Source of the DNA: a bacterium
Lineage (GTDB): Bacteria; Patescibacteriota; Minisyncoccia; Phycocordibacterales; PALSA-1337
Assembly: GCA_030648705.1 (NCBI GenBank)
Contig: JAUSHF010000048.1
Span: 1 to 27,795, forward strand
DNA length: 27,795 nt
Direction of reading: 5' to 3'
The position numbers and the translations under genes are program-made. The notes beneath the pieces are model-generated. The model was not told where the DNA came from. It saw only the letters and a list, made by a program, of their open reading frames with translations, and did not search any database. The stretch's first letter is position 1; every line of letters begins with the position of its first letter. Positions 25,584 to 27,795 of the stretch are shown here, in pieces.

Positions 25584-27572
25584 ATGAATTCATACGTAAT
25601 ATTCGCGCTCGGAAGTTCACTTCTAGCCATCATATACGGTTTGTTTTTAATAAGATACATTCTTAAGAGACCAGCTGGTAACGACAAGATGAGAGAAATC
25701 GCTACCGCTATCCAAGCAGGTGCAAAGGCATATTTAAATAGACAGTACAAAACTATTGGAGTTATTTCTGTCTTTCTATTTGCACTTCTATGGTTAACTT
25801 TAGGTATAAAGATTGCTCTAGGATTCGTAGTCGGTGCAGTATTTTCTGCTCTAGCAGGATACATTGGAATGAACGTTTCAGTGAGAGCAAATTCCAGAAC
25901 TGCAGAGGCAGCTCGTGGAGGACTTTCTACAGCTTTAACTCTAGCCTTTAACGGCGGAGCAGTTACAGGTCTCCTAGTAGTAGGTCTAGCTCTGCTCGGA
26001 GTTACAGGTTTTTATGTTATTACTAAAGACGTGTCTTCTCTAATCGGTCTCGCTTTCGGTTCATCTTTGATCTCAGTATTCGCTCGTTTAGGAGGTGGAA
26101 TTTTTACAAAGGCCGCTGACGTAGGAACAGATCTAGTGGGAAAAGTAGAAGCAGGAATTCCAGAAGATGATCCTAGAAATCCAGGAGTGATAGCTGATAA
26201 CGTAGGAGACAATGTCGGAGACTGTGCAGGTATGGCAGCCGACCTATTCGAAACTTACGCTGTTACTACCATTGCAGCTATGATGCTAGCAGTAGTTACA
26301 TTCGGTGCTGGTTATACTAACGCTATTATTTATCCTCTAGCTCTAGGGGGTACAGCTATTATTTGTTCTATTATTGGAACATGGTTTGTAAAAATGGGTA
26401 AGTCACAGGATATTATGGGTGCTATGTATAAAGGATTAGCTACGGCTGGTGTACTATCAGCTGTCGGTTTCTACTTTATAACAAAGTGGTTAATGATAGA
26501 TAATGGTAAATTCGCTGTTATGGATCTATTCGGAAGTGCTATCGTAGGACTTCTAGTAACTGCAGGATTAGTTATCATCACAGAATATTATACTTCTACT
26601 AAATACGCTCCTGTGAAGTCTATTGCTGAAGCTTCTAAGTCAGGTCACGGAACAAATATTATTCAGGGTCTAGCTATCTCAATGAAGTCTACTGCATGGC
26701 CTTTGATTACTATCGTTCTTGGAATTCTATTATCTTACTGGTTAGCTGGTCTATACGGTATTGCTGTCGCTGCTATGAGTATGCTTTCAGTAGCAGGAAT
26801 CATAATCGCTATTGATGCTTATGGCCCTATTACAGACAATGCAGGAGGTATTGCAGAAATGGCAGATCTTCCTCAGTCAGTTAGAGATGTTACGGATCCT
26901 CTAGATGCTGTTGGAAATACTACAAAGGCAGTTACAAAAGGTTATGCTATCGGTTCAGCAGGACTAGCAGCTCTAGTACTCTTTGCTTCATATACCGAGG
27001 AGACAAAAGGTCTAGCATTTGAACTTGGAGATCCTATGGTAATCGTAGGACTATTTCTAGGAGGACTTCTACCTTATTACTTCGCAGCTCTTTCAATGGA
27101 AGCAGTAGGTAAAGCAGCAGGACAAGTAGTAGAAGAAGTTCGCAGACAGTTTAGAGAGATAAAGGGAATTATGGCAGGAACAGCTAAGCCTGATTATGCT
27201 CGCTGTGTGGATATCGTAACTTCAGCTGCTATTAAAGAAATGATAATCCCAGCTCTTATTCCAGTTCTAGCACCTATACTAGTAGGATTCATTCTAGGCC
27301 CAGTGGCTCTAGGAGGACTTCTAGTAGGTTCTATCGTTACAGGTATATTCTTAGCAATTTCAATGACATCTGGAGGAGGTGCTTGGGACAATGCTAAGAA
27401 GCATATCGAACAGGGCGCGCATGGCGGAAAGGGTAGTGATGCCCACAAGGCCGCTGTGACAGGAGATACAGTTGGAGATCCTTACAAGGACACAGCTGGG
27501 CCTGCTATAAACCCAATGATTAAGATTCTAAACATTGTAGCTTTGCTCATCGTAGGATTCTTGATTAAATAA
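25584..27572 (+). CDS. hppA: Membrane-bound pyrophosphatase, K+-independent H+-pumping type
   Basis: [34 protein letters not shown] (Lys448), [14 protein letters not shown]. Confidence 0.96.
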   Translation: MNSYVIFALGSSLLAIIYGLFLIRYILKRPAGNDKMREIATAIQAGAKAYLNRQYKTIGVISVFLFALLWLTLGIKIALGFVVGAVFSALAGYIGMNVSVRANSRTAEAARGGLSTALTLAFNGGAVTGLLVVGLALLGVTGFYVITKDVSSLIGLAFGSSLISVFARLGGGIFTKAADVGTDLVGKVEAGIPEDDPRNPGVIADNVGDNVGDCAGMAADLFETYAVTTIAAMMLAVVTFGAGYTNAIIYPLALGGTAIICSIIGTWFVKMGKSQDIMGAMYKGLATAGVLSAVGFYFITKWLMIDNGKFAVMDLFGSAIVGLLVTAGLVIITEYYTSTKYAPVKSIAEASKSGHGTNIIQGLAISMKSTAWPLITIVLGILLSYWLAGLYGIAVAAMSMLSVAGIIIAIDAYGPITDNAGGIAEMADLPQSVRDVTDPLDAVGNTTKAVTKGYAIGSAGLAALVLFASYTEETKGLAFELGDPMVIVGLFLGGLLPYYFAALSMEAVGKAAGQVVEEVRRQFREIKGIMAGTAKPDYARCVDIVTSAAIKEMIIPALIPVLAPILVGFILGPVALGGLLVGSIVTGIFLAISMTSGGGAWDNAKKHIEQGAHGGKGSDAHKAAVTGDTVGDPYKDTAGPAINPMIKILNIVALLIVGFLIK

Positions 27573-27600
27573 GGTCTGAAAAATTAAAGAATTTTAGAAA

Positions 27601-27636
27601 CAAAAATCGCGATTCTCGTCGAGATTTTTGTTTTTT
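27601..27636 (+). terminator. Terminator after hppA
   Basis: CAAAAATC-g-CGA-ttctcg-TCG-a-GATTTTTG followed by T6. Confidence 0.6.
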
Positions 27637-27643
27637 AATTTCC

Positions 27644-27672
27644 TCGACAGTGAACAAACGTTCACTTATAAT
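27644..27672 (+). promoter_or_regulatory. Sigma70 promoter with a putative LexA operator in its spacer
   Basis: TCGACA (27644-27649), 17 nt, TATAAT (27667-27672). The spacer holds GTGAAC-AAAC-GTTCAC (27650-27665). Confidence 0.85.
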
Positions 27673-27678
27673 ATAGGT

Positions 27679-27795
27679 ATGGTGGAAACTTTTGCTCTTA
27701 ATTTAGAAAAGAAAAAAAATAAATCCATTCTTCATATAGATGGAGATGCTTTCTTCGTCTCTGTAGAAATAGCTAAAAATCCTAAATTAAAAGGT
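27679..27795 (+). CDS. dinB: 5' end (partial) of a Y-family DNA polymerase IV
   Basis: MVETFALNLEKKKNKSILHIDGDAFFVSVEIAKNPKLKG contains the ILHID-x-DAFF-x-SVE motif. Runs off the window, so absent from the ORF track. Confidence 0.85.
   Translation, partial: MVETFALNLEKKKNKSILHIDGDAFFVSVEIAKNPKLKG

Noticed and set aside
84-27448. Short opposite-strand or overlapping ORFs in the track (e.g. 84-302, 150-344, 1825-2007, 4295-4540, 17389-17733, 26012-26212, 27194-27448)
   Set aside because: They shadow well-supported genes or span the IS end, and show no recognisable motifs or initiation signals.
1-27795. CRISPR array, prophage, rRNA, tmRNA or RNase P RNA
   Set aside because: No regularly spaced direct repeats, phage structural or integrase genes, or hallmark motifs of these RNAs were seen.

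Overview
AT-rich (roughly one-third GC), code-11 bacterial chromosome segment. Gene content and style point to a Patescibacteria/CPR (Parcubacteria-like) genome; this assignment is an inference, not a search result. The backbone is housekeeping and envelope genes: obgE, gatB, an RRM protein, pyrG, a GT39 glycosyltransferase, tRNA-Gln, a DEAD-box helicase, a MacAB-like exporter, an ECF sigma, a ZIP transporter, a DHH phosphoesterase and an H+-PPase. The window starts in the 3' end of an IS200/IS605 tnpA and ends in the 5' end of dinB. Main observations: (1) the same GTGAAC-N4-GTTCAC operator fills the -35/-10 spacer of two promoters 27 kb apart, one driving an unknown 78-aa gene plus lexA and one driving dinB; (2) a free-standing LAGLIDADG gene abuts tRNA-Gln, has an 11-nt copy of the tRNA D-loop upstream, and has a divergent candidate small RNA; (3) a Cys/His-rich cluster around CcdA-like and DsbB genes; (4) a ~200-nt structured non-coding unit between dsbB and the helicase; (5) many apparently leaderless promoters; (6) three decaying toxin-antitoxin relics. 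All family calls come from motif recognition by eye and need HMM confirmation.
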